64,000 nt of DNA, taken from positions 88,226,001 through 88,290,000 of the forward strand of contig NC_092344.1 of assembly GCF_963676685.1 (NCBI RefSeq), read 5' to 3'. Below, piece by piece: positions 37,157 through 49,480 of this stretch. A model generated the notes under the pieces. It had not been told where the DNA came from. It made no database searches and saw nothing but the letters and a program-made list of their open reading frames with translations. Source of the stretch: Mytilus edulis. Taxonomy: Eukaryota. Within the stretch, counting starts at the first letter, position 1, and the number at the start of each line of letters is the position of its first letter. Both the position numbers and the translations under genes were made by a program.

Positions 37157-37200
37157 GCGTCACTGATGAGTCTTATGTAGACGAAACGCGCGTCTGGCGT
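37157..37200 (+). ncRNA. Type I hammerhead ribozyme, intact core, in a short retrozyme fragment (~37090-37235)
   Basis: GCGTCA-CTGATGA-GTCT-TATGT-AGAC-GAAA-CGCGC-GTC-TGGCGT. Confidence 0.87.
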
Positions 37201-38131
37201 ATCAAATTGCAATCCTAGTACCTTTGATAACTATTATCGTTACTTTTGTCTAAATCCGACAATTAAAAACCTGGATCTGCAACCGAATTTCAGAATTTCT
37301 TTTTTTGAAAACCTAAATTTTTATCATTGATTTATATCGGCCTTTTAATTTGAAAAATGGAAAATTGAAATCAGAATAACCGAAAATCATGAAATATGAA
37401 CTGCATGTTTAAAATGAGAATTTCGATGATACGTCAGTAACTATTATGACAGAAATTACTTATCCATAGATGTAAGAAGATGTGGTATAAGTGCCAATTA
37501 GACAACTCTCCATCCAAGTCGCAATTTTTAAAAGTAAACCATTATAAGTCAAAGTACGGTCTTCAACACGGAGCCTTAGATCACATCGAACAGCAAGCTA
37601 TAAAGGGTCCCCCAAAATGACTAGCATAAAACAATTCAAACTGGAAATCCAACAGTCTAATCTATATAACCATGCAGGTTTCTATGTAAGTCTTTTCATT
37701 CAAACGTTTAGTTAGAAAAAAACCCAAACAGGTGACGATAAAATGTTGAACTGTTTCATGTGATCTTCTTCTTAATATAAAACACTTGTACTATAATGTG
37801 GACATGTATGGCATGTAAGTATGATATTAGTAGTACTGACCGTTTTAGGAAAAGTGTGCTACTTCAATCTTATTTCTAAGTGTCCTACATTCTAATTTGT
37901 CTATCATGATCGTCTCCATCCATTTGATTTGCGTATAAAACAATAACTATTAACTAAGTACTGAGTTGAAACACAATTTTATTTAGTATTTATGATATTA
38001 GATAACAATTACAGAAATCTAAGACATTTTATACAAGTGAAACGAAAGGGAAAGGTCTATTAACACAGATCGAATCAGAATATCACTCCAAAACAGAATG
38101 TGTATCAACGTCACTTTATAAGGCCTTCTCT

Positions 38132-39614
38132 TTACATTCCAGTTTCACCTTGTTCGGTTTCTCCTTTCTGCATGTCCTGGAATTGCTCATGGTCATTCAT
38201 CTGTGCTGGCATCTCAGCTGGTCTGAAGATGAAATATGATATATAAGAAATTGGAGGAATACATCTAGATTTAAAAATTATTAAAACGTGTACGATGTTA
38301 AAGTTTACTGTCAGTCTCTTTTAATTTTCTACTCTTGTCAAACATACTGTCAACCTTTTCGTAATACATGATACAGGCATTATGTAATGACTTTAATACA
38401 TTAAGATGAACTTATTTTTAAAATCATCCCAATTGATGTCTATATAGAAGGCAGTCAAAACTACTTAATAAATAAATGCTATAAATGTAACGTACCCTTC
38501 ACTTTCAGGGGAGAATTTCATGGTATGCTCGCTGGAACAACGGAGACATCTGCAATAGCAAAACCATCCATATCTGACTGACACGTAATATCTACAGCGT
38601 CTGGCTCTACAACGAGATTTACATCTGGAAGCACAGCTTGCATCTGCGTCTTGCACTAAAAAAAATATCACGGTTGTAAGAATACAATAAAAAAAAAGTA
38701 AAAAGAGGGATATTTCTGATGCGTTATTTGTTTACATATCACGAGGTGTTTTTTTAATGCATATTCTTATATGACATGCTTATTTCTCTTTGTAAATAAC
38801 ACCGTGATAAAATTCTCGATATATCTATACCGAGCAATGACTCAGATGTTCACATAAATCACTGTTACAATATACCTCACAAGTAAAAAGCAATTAGGTT
38901 TATTTTGTCACAGAATTCAAATAAGTCATTTCAGGAAAAGTGTTCTGTTGCTTGATAGTCAGCGCATTTGTTGAAAATAAGAAATAGCATTTGCACGCGA
39001 GTAGACACAAGACGTGTTTAGATCCTCAGAGTTCATTATGATAGGAATTTCTAAATCAATTATAAGTGAGAAAAAATTGAAATAAGAATGTAAGGGTTTA
39101 TTACAAAATAATTAATATGTTAACTTTATTTGTTTACTGTTAATGTTAATAATTATCAAAGGTATCAGTCTTATAATTTGATGCGCTAGACGAGCATTGC
39201 CTATGCGGCGAAAAAAACCAGACTTATTTGAAGACATTATGCACTCCTATTGGGCGTTCACTTTGTCTTCAAACTTGGGAAAAATTTTTTCATAGTGAAG
39301 CTATGCTAAACACACTATTATTCAATAAATAGGTAGTATTTATTTTACTAAATAGCAAAATTTAACAAACAACCATTTATTTTAAAACTTAATCTTCAGT
39401 TTTTGCATCCCGATTTTTTTTTATAATTTTGGCAATTTGTGTTTCTTCATTTTGGGAAGAATTTTTTTCCCGGGTGAAGAAGGGTTGTGTGCTATTTACA
39501 CCCGAGTAATTAACCAATCAGATTGTATGATATTTGCTGCATCAGAAATAAAATTATGTACATACCTATAAGAAGTACTGCAAGGGCGATGGCTAGGATA
39601 ACTGCTAACTTCAT
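38132..39614 (-). CDS. MytC: Mytilin C precursor (99 aa), coding exons 39614-39566, 38655-38496, 38222-38132
   Basis: Spliced product MKLAVILAIALAVLLIVQDADA-SCASRCKSRCRARRCRYYVSVRYGWFCYCRCLRC-SSEHTMKFSPESEGPAEMPAQMNDHEQFQDMQKGETEQGETGM. Canonical junctions; AATAAA at 37983-37978. Confidence 0.97.
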
Positions 39615-39914
39615 ATTGGATCTTAAAGATGTAGATATTGAACTAAAATTGGAAAGTTATTACATAATCAAAAAACCCCGAAAAAAAACCAAACAAACAA
39701 AAATGTACACACACAAACAGTATATGTAAATATAAGTTAAAGCCTCGCAGAAAAAAAAATCAACATTTAAGAAGAGAGTTAGCTCATTATAAATTAAATT
39801 AATAAATATAACAAGACAGCTTTGAATTATTTCTTGTGCAATATTTCTTGAATAACAATCACATTTTGATCATAATAATACATTGATACGATTTATTTTT
39901 ACAAAGCTACTTAC

Positions 39915-40050
39915 CGAAGGTAAACAATTCAGCTAGTCAGCAGGATGATAACCATCAATGACAAATGAACGGTTTTTATACACATGGATCCAGACATGAC
40001 AATTCCGGCGGACGGGAGGGTTAGGTTACAAATTTGCGTATTTCCTTTGT
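39915..40050 (-). promoter_or_regulatory. Non-coding exon 1 and core promoter of mytilin C
   Basis: Donor TCG|GTAAGT at 39915/39914; TATAAAA at 39980-39974; TTCCGGCGGACGGG and TTTGCGTA blocks. Confidence 0.8.
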
Positions 40051-40940
40051 TGTCAATATTTTTTAGAAATCAATGTAAACTTGTTTTGTTTAGGATTTTG
40101 TAATTTACTTTTATTTTAAAACATATAATTATAATAGTTCGAGTGGGTCTCCTACCGTCACACGCTTTTAGTTAAAGTATGATATATAATTATTGAGAAT
40201 ATATAACACGTGATTCGCTAATAAAATAATTGTAAAGAATTTTGTATGTTTTTATGAATATTACAGAAGTTTCGCTACATCATTCATTTGGCCTTTTTTT
40301 TTTTTTTTAGAGAGAATGACCAAAAAACCTGCCGAATTTTGGAATTTACTTTTCATAGATGATTTATTTTCCTCAGTTAACATCAGTTAAAAAAATACTG
40401 TGCCAACATTTTTTAAACCAGAATAAACCGAAATTATAAAATATAAACTGAATGTTTTAATAAGAATCTAGGAGATAGGTCTTTAAATATTAGGACAATT
40501 TTATTATTCATGTAGCTTTCTATCTTCTATCTTTTTATGTCAAACGATTATTGGTAAAATGTATAAACAGCTCAACATAAAAATGTCTAATTCTACAGGA
40601 GATCTTCATCATAATGGCAAACAGCTGAGGAAATTCTACAGGTGAATATCGTCTTTAAATACTAAAAGAATTGTATAATAACTAAAATGACATTCTATTA
40701 CGATCTTACTTGTGGATTTGGGACGAAAAGTGTGACACATCAAGTTTCTATCTATGTTTTCAACTATTGTATATGTCTTTCCTGGTTGTATGCAGTCATG
40801 TTTTGTTACTATTGATTTGCAAGTTTAGTGTTTTGACTATATTTAATTTGTGTAGCTGTTCATGTATTCTATTTGTATTATATTTTTAAAAAAAAGACGT
40901 CATAATCTCATCATAGACACGAGGATTACAGTTTGTATTT

Positions 40941-40984
40941 ACGCCAGACGCGCGTTTCGTCTACAAAAGACTCATCAGTGACGC
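40941..40984 (-). ncRNA. Type I hammerhead ribozyme, intact core, in a retrozyme fragment (~40900-41060)
   Basis: The reverse complement reads GCGTCA-CTGATGA-GTCT-TTTGT-AGAC-GAAA-CGCGC-GTC-TGGCGT. Confidence 0.87.
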
Positions 40985-43900
40985 TCGAATCCAAAAAAGT
41001 TAAAAAGGCCAAGTAAAGTACAAAGTAGAGCATTAATGACCAAAATTCCTAAAAGTGTTTATCATATATCCATAAAATTAGTACTAAAGATATAAACAGA
41101 TCAAAGATTTATATCACCTTAAGTAATTTACTTTTCATAAACCAAAATATAATGAACTGAACTCGAAAGGCGTGTCCAGTTTAAATAACTGAAAAAAGAA
41201 CTCCCCTAGTAAAAAAACCCAATCATGTACGGATGAATATACTTAGGAGAACAACATTTGCAACGGAGTTTATCTGTGACGAGTAAAATATGATATTAAT
41301 ACTGCTCATGCTAGTACTTCTCTTGCCTGTCATCAGGGGTCATTTATAATTTTTTGATTGAGTTTGTCCTCCACAATCTCAAGTTTTCAGGTTAATGTTT
41401 TGTTGACTGTTATTTGTAATTTCGTCTTTTTTGCCGAGATAATTTTAAGTAGAATTGTAAAATTGAGCGCGTCAGACGAGCTTCATGTATTTCTATAGTA
41501 TAAGTTCAATGTTTTGTCTGTTTATTACTACACTTGGGACTAATGTGATTTTTAAAGATTTTGTTTTTATAATCGATGGTTTACAAGAAACTAAAAAGTA
41601 ACATTCTCCGAAGCAATGAAGATAAATTACTTTGATTTAACTTTCATTTAGAAATTAAGTTTTAATTTCAATAAAGGATAAAGTTCGTTTCAACTTTCTA
41701 CTGATACAATTTATTAATTTGACGAACTACTTTCCGCTCTAAAAAAAGTATCCGTTGAATAACATTAGAGCTTCCGTCGAGCATGCAATACATGTAATCA
41801 AATCAAATATCGGCCAGCAAAAGTAATCCTTTTTTTAGGACAGTATGTTATCAAGATAAACATATAGTACATGAATATTTTATCATTTCTATCTCCATTT
41901 CTGTTTCTGCTATCCTTTTATAAGATTTATAAAGCTCGAAATGTTTATAATGTCCATTCATATGAAAGACTTCGTTAGCGAAATATGCAATGAAGCTTCA
42001 TATTATATTCTTTTATGCATACTAGTGATAAAGGTTCTTAATTACCTTTTATCACCTGTTATCCACATATGAATTTGGTAAAAATACCTTTGAGAATGAA
42101 ATCTAATTCATTTTTATCTAAAATATTCATATTAAATTATTATTTTAATGATTTGATATATTTTGATTATCCTCATCCTGTTTGACAATAATTTTAAAAT
42201 ATGTTCTGCTGTCGTAGTAGAGAAAGGTTTTGGGGTGTTAAATCTATGAAAGAAATTGTTGATGAATTACTTCACATAGTCAGGACTATAACTACTTTTT
42301 CCATGTCACGAATTATGTAATCAAGCTTTGAAAGCTTTTACCAAAAAAACAATCTGCATTTTAGGGGTTCCTGGTGATGCTTTATCTTGATATTTATTAC
42401 CATCGAACGTTAAAAGTAGAATGTCACAAACTTTCCATAATAGGAGGAATTTGATTCTTTAAAACGACTTATCATATCCGGATAAGTAAACATGCACTTT
42501 ATATGTCTTTTTACTAGTATGTCCATTTCGGTCATATGCCTCTTGAAATGGATCTGTACATGTGTATTTAGTTTGGTTTTTTTTTGTGTGTTTCCAGATA
42601 AGCGCCTTGGATGCATGCAATTTTTATGGTGTTATTTTCGTTTTGTAAGCCCTCGTATTAATATTTTGATTTGTACTTTATGGGAAGGTGTGTATATTTA
42701 TTAATCTATGAAGTATAATTTCTTAACTTTGGTTGCTGGGTCTTAATTATCGTAACGTTAACTATCGTATCTGTTTAATTGCTCAAACAATTTTGTCAGA
42801 ATAACGGAACTTTCATACAAGTGGGATATTAAGCAAGATACAAAACCAATTTTAACCCACCATTTTATTCATATTTACTATAAACAACAATAACAAAAAT
42901 GTACTTGTTTGATTTAAATATATTTGTGTCTGAACTATCAAATTTAGTTATGTTGAACAAATTTATGTTTATGGTGCATGTTTTCGTAATTTTGGTACCA
43001 ATTATTGTCACGTTTATAACTAATGTTTGTTTGGTTTGCTCAAACACTTTTGTACCAATTATGGAACTATCATAAAAGTGAGAGATTTAGCTAGATATAA
43101 AACGAAATTTTAAACAACTATTTTTCTACAAAAATGCATGTTCCAGGTCAGGAATATCACAGTTGTTGTCCTGTCGTTGCATTGGTTTTGTCAGTTGTAA
43201 TGGGCATTATGAAATTTTCTTGGAGTTAATTATTTTTATTCAGACTTTTTTTTAAGCTAAAAGAAAATGGACACAGTTGAAATGAGTATTTTTTCATAGA
43301 GAATAATACGTCAGTTCTTTCAAAAAAAAATAACATTTTGCCTGAGTAGACCAGAAAAAACTAAATGTGTCGATTTTTGTCTTTTCACACTAAGTAAGCC
43401 TTATACCAAACGAATCTCACATTCCATTTGTTAGATTTTTACTTCTAAGTAAAATAGTATTGTTTATTAGTACTATCCAACTAGAAGGTGTTGGGTTATA
43501 AATCAAAAAAGTAGTCAATAGAGGAAAAATTTGAGTTTCGTTATTGTTTCAGACGTCACTATTTATATAAAAATCACGAAAATGCATCACTGTTAAGGAT
43601 TTAAAAAAATAAAATAAATATCAAAATAGATGATGTTAAATAAAAACAAGAGAATAATTCTCTTCTACGTCGGCTTAACCTTATTTGTCTCGCTAGAATT
43701 GGTCGTCGTTCTTTCATGAAAGTCTCGAAGAAAATGACAACAAAAATAATTGATCGAACTAACGGCCAGATTCTCACTGTTCAATAATTATTTAAACCGA
43801 TTTATTTGAAATCATGTAAAAGTTGCATAAATGGCAGAGGTTTCGTTCTGGATTTGTTAAGACAGGATGCTAATCTGAATAAAAACAGTCTCATTAGTCT

Positions 43901-44681
43901 GTGTCCTTTGGCCTCTGGTGGATATAGTTGTCTCATTTGAAATCATACTACATAAACTTGTTTTAATACTTTAGAAGTTTTAAGTAATAAAACTGATAAA
44001 TAGTACTGTAGCGTGTATACCGAGTAGAATTATAACGTATATCTTTTATAATATTGTTTTAAATAATTCACAATTTGATTGAATTAAAAGATAGGGTTAA
44101 GAATTAATCGATAGTCGTTTTCCTTTTCATTGTGCATAGTGTACCACGCCCTGCTTATTGAGATAATGAATATTTCTATTGTCAACAAATAACAACAAAA
44201 TTGCAGCAGTCGACGTGAGAATACCTGCTTTTTATTATAAAGATATAAGAAGACGAATTATCATGCGTTGTTAAAATCTTGTTTTTTTTTAAATTTTATT
44301 TCAGATGAGAGCTGATTAACTCTGATCTTTTAAATCCAGAAATACTTTAAAACTGTTTACTCCCGTAGTGTTTAACCATTTGTTAAGTAATAACAAAAAC
44401 GCTACTTAAGAACATCTGCATAATTTTAAATCTCGATTTTTCTCTATAATAATTTATATCAAAACTTTTCAACCTTTTATACCACATTTCCCCATGTGAA
44501 ATTGAAAAATTGTCTAAAAGAAATAATCCACTTTGCTTTTTAATATAGGAATGAAAGCTTGCGCTATAGATGTATTGCTTTGATGCCTTACGGCATATTT
44601 TGTTAATAGTGAAACAAAAATATTAAACATGGTATACCGAGGAACAAGTGATCAGTGTATGCCTTAGTTTCTTCTTAAAAC

Positions 44682-45877
44682 ATATTTGTTGATTTAAAGT
44701 AGGCCTTTCAACACATTTTCTACAATTCCTTTGGGAAAGGACTGTACGTCTCTCCTGCGTACCTCTTCTTATTTTTCATATGAGTTAGAGTTCCTTCAAA
44801 TACTTGTCAAATGATGAAAAAAGCTAGATCATTTAATTTCTATTTCAGATATATTGATGATGCTTTATTTAATATTTGTTGATTTGAGGTAGACCTTTTC
44901 AACACCTTTTCTATAATTCCTATGGGAAAGGACTGTACGTCTCTCCTGCTTACCTCTTCTCTTTTTTCATATGAGATAGAGTTCCTTCAAATACTTGTCA
45001 AATGATGAAGGAAGCTAGATCATTTAATTTTTATTTCAGATATATTGATGATGCTCTATTCAATATTTGTTGATTTGAGGTAGACCTTTTCAACACCTTT
45101 TCTACAATTCCTATGGGAAAGGACTGTACGTCTCTCCTGCTTACCTCTTCTCTTTTTTCATATGAGTTAGAGTTCCTTCAAATACTTGTCAAATGATGAA
45201 AGAAGCTAGATCATTCAATTTCTATTTCAGATATATTGATGATGCTCTATTTTATATTTGTTGATTTGAGGTAGACCTTTTCAACACCTTTTCTACTATT
45301 CCTATGGGAAAGGACTGTGCGTCTCAACTGCTAACCTCTTCTTTTTTCCATACGAGTCGGAATTCCTTCAAATACTTGTCAAATGATGAAAGAAGCAAGA
45401 TCATTCAATTTCTATTTCAGATATATTGATGATGCCTTTTCCATTATAAACAATCCACACTTTTCTAATTGTGTTCCATTAGTATGTTCGTCAGAACTAG
45501 AAATTGAAAAAAAACAATGGACTCAACCGCCTAATTTCTAGACGTATACCTCGCATTTGACATAAACAGTCATCTCAGTAACAGAATATATGACAAACTA
45601 GATGATTTAATCTTGAAATTATCAATTACCATCACTTTAGCAGCAATATACAATTTCACCTACATATGAGCTATTCATTTACAATTAATCATTCGGTTTT
45701 CAACAGCTTGCAGCTGCCATTTAGACTATATAAAACGTCACCAGGGTCTAAGCAGAAAGTTGATGAACCAGGGTTATGCCAAAAACGTCTTATTGATAAA
45801 TGTCCCGTATCAACATCAAAACTAGTTCATGATGGTATTGCAGTAGAGATTATAGATACTGACATGTTTAGCATATT
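44682..45877 (+). mobile_element. Degenerate Naiad-type Penelope-like RT whose catalytic segment is tandemly repeated x4 (~191-bp period, 44682-45435)
   Basis: Units start ATATTTGTTGATTT at 44682, 44872, 45063 and 45254. Each contains decayed IPMG..C..LL..LF..SYE.EFLQ and FRYIDD. A single decayed thumb region follows. Confidence 0.78.
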
Positions 45878-47840
45878 TGTAGGACTCGGAACCGCGATGG
45901 TACTACGCTGAAGTGCGATGGTTAACACGCTGAAGTGCGATGGTAACATTGTGACGTTAACTTGTTGATATTTACGCTGAAGTGCAATGGTGGTTACGCT
46001 GTAGTGCTATGGCCAACTTAAGACTGAGTAAAAGCAAAATGCACATGGGCTTTTGTAATAAAATAACGCCATTAATATTTGGCTGCTAGCCTCTTATTTG
46101 GAAGATGTTTTAACTTCTGTTTAGATCAAACCAAAGACTTTTATTTTTGTTTTTGTTTAATCTAATTTTCCAAGTCTCAAATTATTCTTTTCGCACGCAA
46201 GAGTATGGAATAAGGTGTTCAAAGGAGAAATAAAAAAAAAAGATTTAGCGTGTTGGTCTTTATAATAGTACTAAGAAGTGTCCATCTCATTTACTTAAAT
46301 ATTATGATAAACAATTTATATTTACATGTTTTACCTTGAATGTCGGAACAGTATCAACGAAGTATCAGACAAGTAAATTTATGCTGTACTAATAGCGAAG
46401 CTTGTCAATTATTTCACGAAAAAGAAAAAAAATGACAATGATAAATTGGGAAGTACACGTAGGATTTAGTGAGGTTAATTTCTGTCTTCTTCTTCTACCA
46501 TATAGTGACCGCCTTCAACAAATTGAAGATTATGTCACAGGAGGAAACTTACAACAAGACATAGATTGAAAAAAATGTACAAGTTTAAAAAAAAAAAAAT
46601 ATGAAAAATGAAAAAATATAAAATGTTTTGTATAATAAAGTAAGATGTTGTAATTAATATTGATGCTTTGAGATTGAAGATTTGAAAGAGTCTACTGAAG
46701 TGCAATTTACAATGTTATCTGGTAGTTTGTTCCAGTCGGTAATAGTTCTTGGAAAATATGATTCTTTTCTGTACTGTGTTTTGCAGGATGGAATTTGGAA
46801 GCTGTTCGAATTAGAATGTCTTGTTTGTCTTTTTTGAGGAATTAATTTATTATTTTTAGGGATTGCAACCTTTTCGTGTTCAATTTTGTAAAGCATTACC
46901 AATCTGGAGTCTTTTCTTCTGTCAGAGAGACTGCGCCATTCAAGATGTTGTAACATGTTACCAACGCTTGAGGTGTTTCTGTATTTGTTGGTAACAAAAC
47001 GTGCAGCCCTCCTTTGAACTTTTTCAATGCTATCTATGTCTTGTTGTAAGTATGGATCCCAAACAGAGCAAGCATACTCTAGTGATTGTCTTACTAGGGA
47101 CTTATATGCTTGCTCTTTAATGGATGTTGAACTTATGTTCAGGTTCCTCCTTAGAAAGCCTAGTGTGCTATTAGCTTTCTTGCATATGTTGTTAATATGC
47201 ACATCCCATTTAATGTCTGACATGTTTTAGACTGAAACCATAAAAAAACAAGAGCGACGGTGTTCTTTTCAAAACAAAACAAACATACTCGGGTATAAAA
47301 CAACATTATATGAACTTGATATAGCAAAATCATTCATTGAAACATTACTAATAATATCATATTTTTTTAAAATTTTTAAATTGCCCACATAAAATCATGT
47401 GACGCTTACCGTAGGATAAATTAAGATTAATATTTAGATTAGTATACTGTATTTATCGTACAAAAAGTCTGCGGCATAATTCAGAATACTGGTTAGCCCA
47501 TTTGGTGACCAAGTTCATCTTTCAGCCGCTTTGCTGCCTAAAATGGTTTAACATATTTTTTTATAACCTCAACATGTAATGCTTAAAACTGTTCGGGACT
47601 TGAATTGTTTGTTTGTTTCTTATTTCCTTGCTTTTCTTTGTTAACATGACACCTTCATCTACAAAACCCTATTTTCCTGCCTGCGAATCCATGTTGTATT
47701 TTGAAAACGCCATATTATTCAAACGTCACACACAAAACCATCGCACTTCAGCGAAAGGACCATCGTACTTCGGCGTAGACCATCGCACTTCAGCGTGACC
47801 ATCGCACTTCAGCGTCCCCATCGCACCTCCGAGTCCTACA
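45878..47840. mobile_element. Non-autonomous TGT...ACA TIR element (Ginger-like) with 4-bp TSD and subterminal repeats
   Basis: TGTAGGACTCGGA at 45878-45890 / TCCGAGTCCTACA at 47828-47840; TATT at 45874-45877 and 47841-47844; repeated ACGCTGAAGTGCGATGGT motifs in opposite orientation near each end. Confidence 0.78.
46486..47223 (-). mobile_element. 5'-truncated CR1-group non-LTR retrotransposon (ORF2 C-terminus, 3' UTR, (GAA)n tail)
   Basis: ORF 46654-47223 has KW..HI..I.KKAN..LGFLRRNL, LEYA.SVWDPY, IEKVQRRAARFV and PRTI.DWN.LP. It ends in GAAGAAGAAGAC on the minus strand. Confidence 0.88.
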
Positions 47841-49169
47841 TATTAATTACGTGGTTCTTTTCATTTATCTTTGTATATTTTTAATCTTTACTTTTTAGTC
47901 TATTTTTAGTAATATCCTATTGTCGTGGCTTCGCTATTTATGCATCCCGCCAGTATCTTATTGTGCTAGTTTCATTTTCTGTATTCTGTTCTTTCATTAT
48001 TACTTATGTGCTTTAGAATGAGTCTTTAAGCCATTTTGTTTTTCGCTGACATAGATGTTTGTTTTTAGATTGATTAAACACAAGACTAGAACAAATAATT
48101 GTATTCCATTACGTTTTATTTTTCATCTTTGTAATTTATAATTTGTAATTTGTTACTATTCTTATGCTAATAACAGATAAACTTTAACAAATAAAACTGT
48201 GTAGTACTAATTTTGGTTGAGAACTCCTTTACAAGGCATGTTCAGATTTCCATGAATTTGTTAAAAAATCATTAGCATTATATAAAATAGTTTTTGTGCT
48301 TTCAAATTTGATTCTGACACCGACACAAAACCAGAAATACGCACGACCCTCCCACCGTCAGTGATAGGTTAGGGGACAAATCTTAGCATATTCAGTCGTT
48401 ACAATCTCTAACAATAAAAAAAAAAAAAGAATTATTAGAATACATATGTATGTACGGTATATCTTAAAAACAATGTCATGGTGTCTTGTCAAAAAGTAGT
48501 GTTTGCTGACCTAGGTTTACATTTGATTCTGTTTACTTGTTTTGTTTCGGAAATCTCAATGTCATTAAGTGGGGTATTTGTTCCTGAGCGGAAATTACTT
48601 TTTAGTTAAATGGAGAAATTTGTATCCGTTGAAACAAAAACGCAGTTTATCATACATTTAAGATTGATTGAGAGCTAATTTATTTTTGTATTCCGGAAAA
48701 TGTTACTTTTATGTTTTCTTGTAAATCTTAGGAGACTAAAAGATATCACAAAACGTACAATAGGTCATCTTACAAACAGAAAAAAAATAGAACCATAATA
48801 CAAATAATAATAACAATAAATGTATGAATACAAATTGGTATAAAATTATAGTTGATTAAACCATCGATTTGAACTTGTCAACATTTCAAACAAAGATATT
48901 CACTAACTGAAACGAAAATAATCAAACAAAGCCTGTTGATCATGATAGCACAGACTTTTAAAAATAATATTGAAAATAAAAATAAAATAACATTCTCAAT
49001 CTGTAAATTTAGATAAATTTACCATTCAAGAATATAGTGACATTTTCAATTTTAAACTGTTCACAATAGAACATACATGTGTTTCCTTTGCCTTCTTGTA
49101 GTAATCCTGTGTGTGGGTGTGTGGAGGGAGGGGATAACATAAGAAGACCTGACCATTGAGTTTTTATAC

Positions 49170-49480
49170 AATTTTCAGATAAAATTCACTTGCACTTTCA
49201 GATATATTGATGATGTCCTGTCACACAATACCCCAAATTTCACTGAATTTTTGATTTTCATTTACCCCAGTGAACTCTTCAGTATGAACACAGAAAGACG
49301 ACTTAAAACTAGAATAATTCCCATTTCTTGACAGTAACATACCCTCTGTCCAATCGAATGGTGTTTATACGTTATGATTGTGTATTTGTGTATGTTCACT
49401 TTTAACGGACTGCATTAGCAGGGCTGTGCTCCTTATACCGTTAGAGTTACGAGAATGAATGGCCCAAATATATACTACAA
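49170..49480 (+). mobile_element. Highly degenerate Penelope-like RT fragment
   Basis: FTCTFRYIDDVLS...IYPSEL and downstream NFPFL/GVY remnants, with stops and deletions. Confidence 0.6.
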
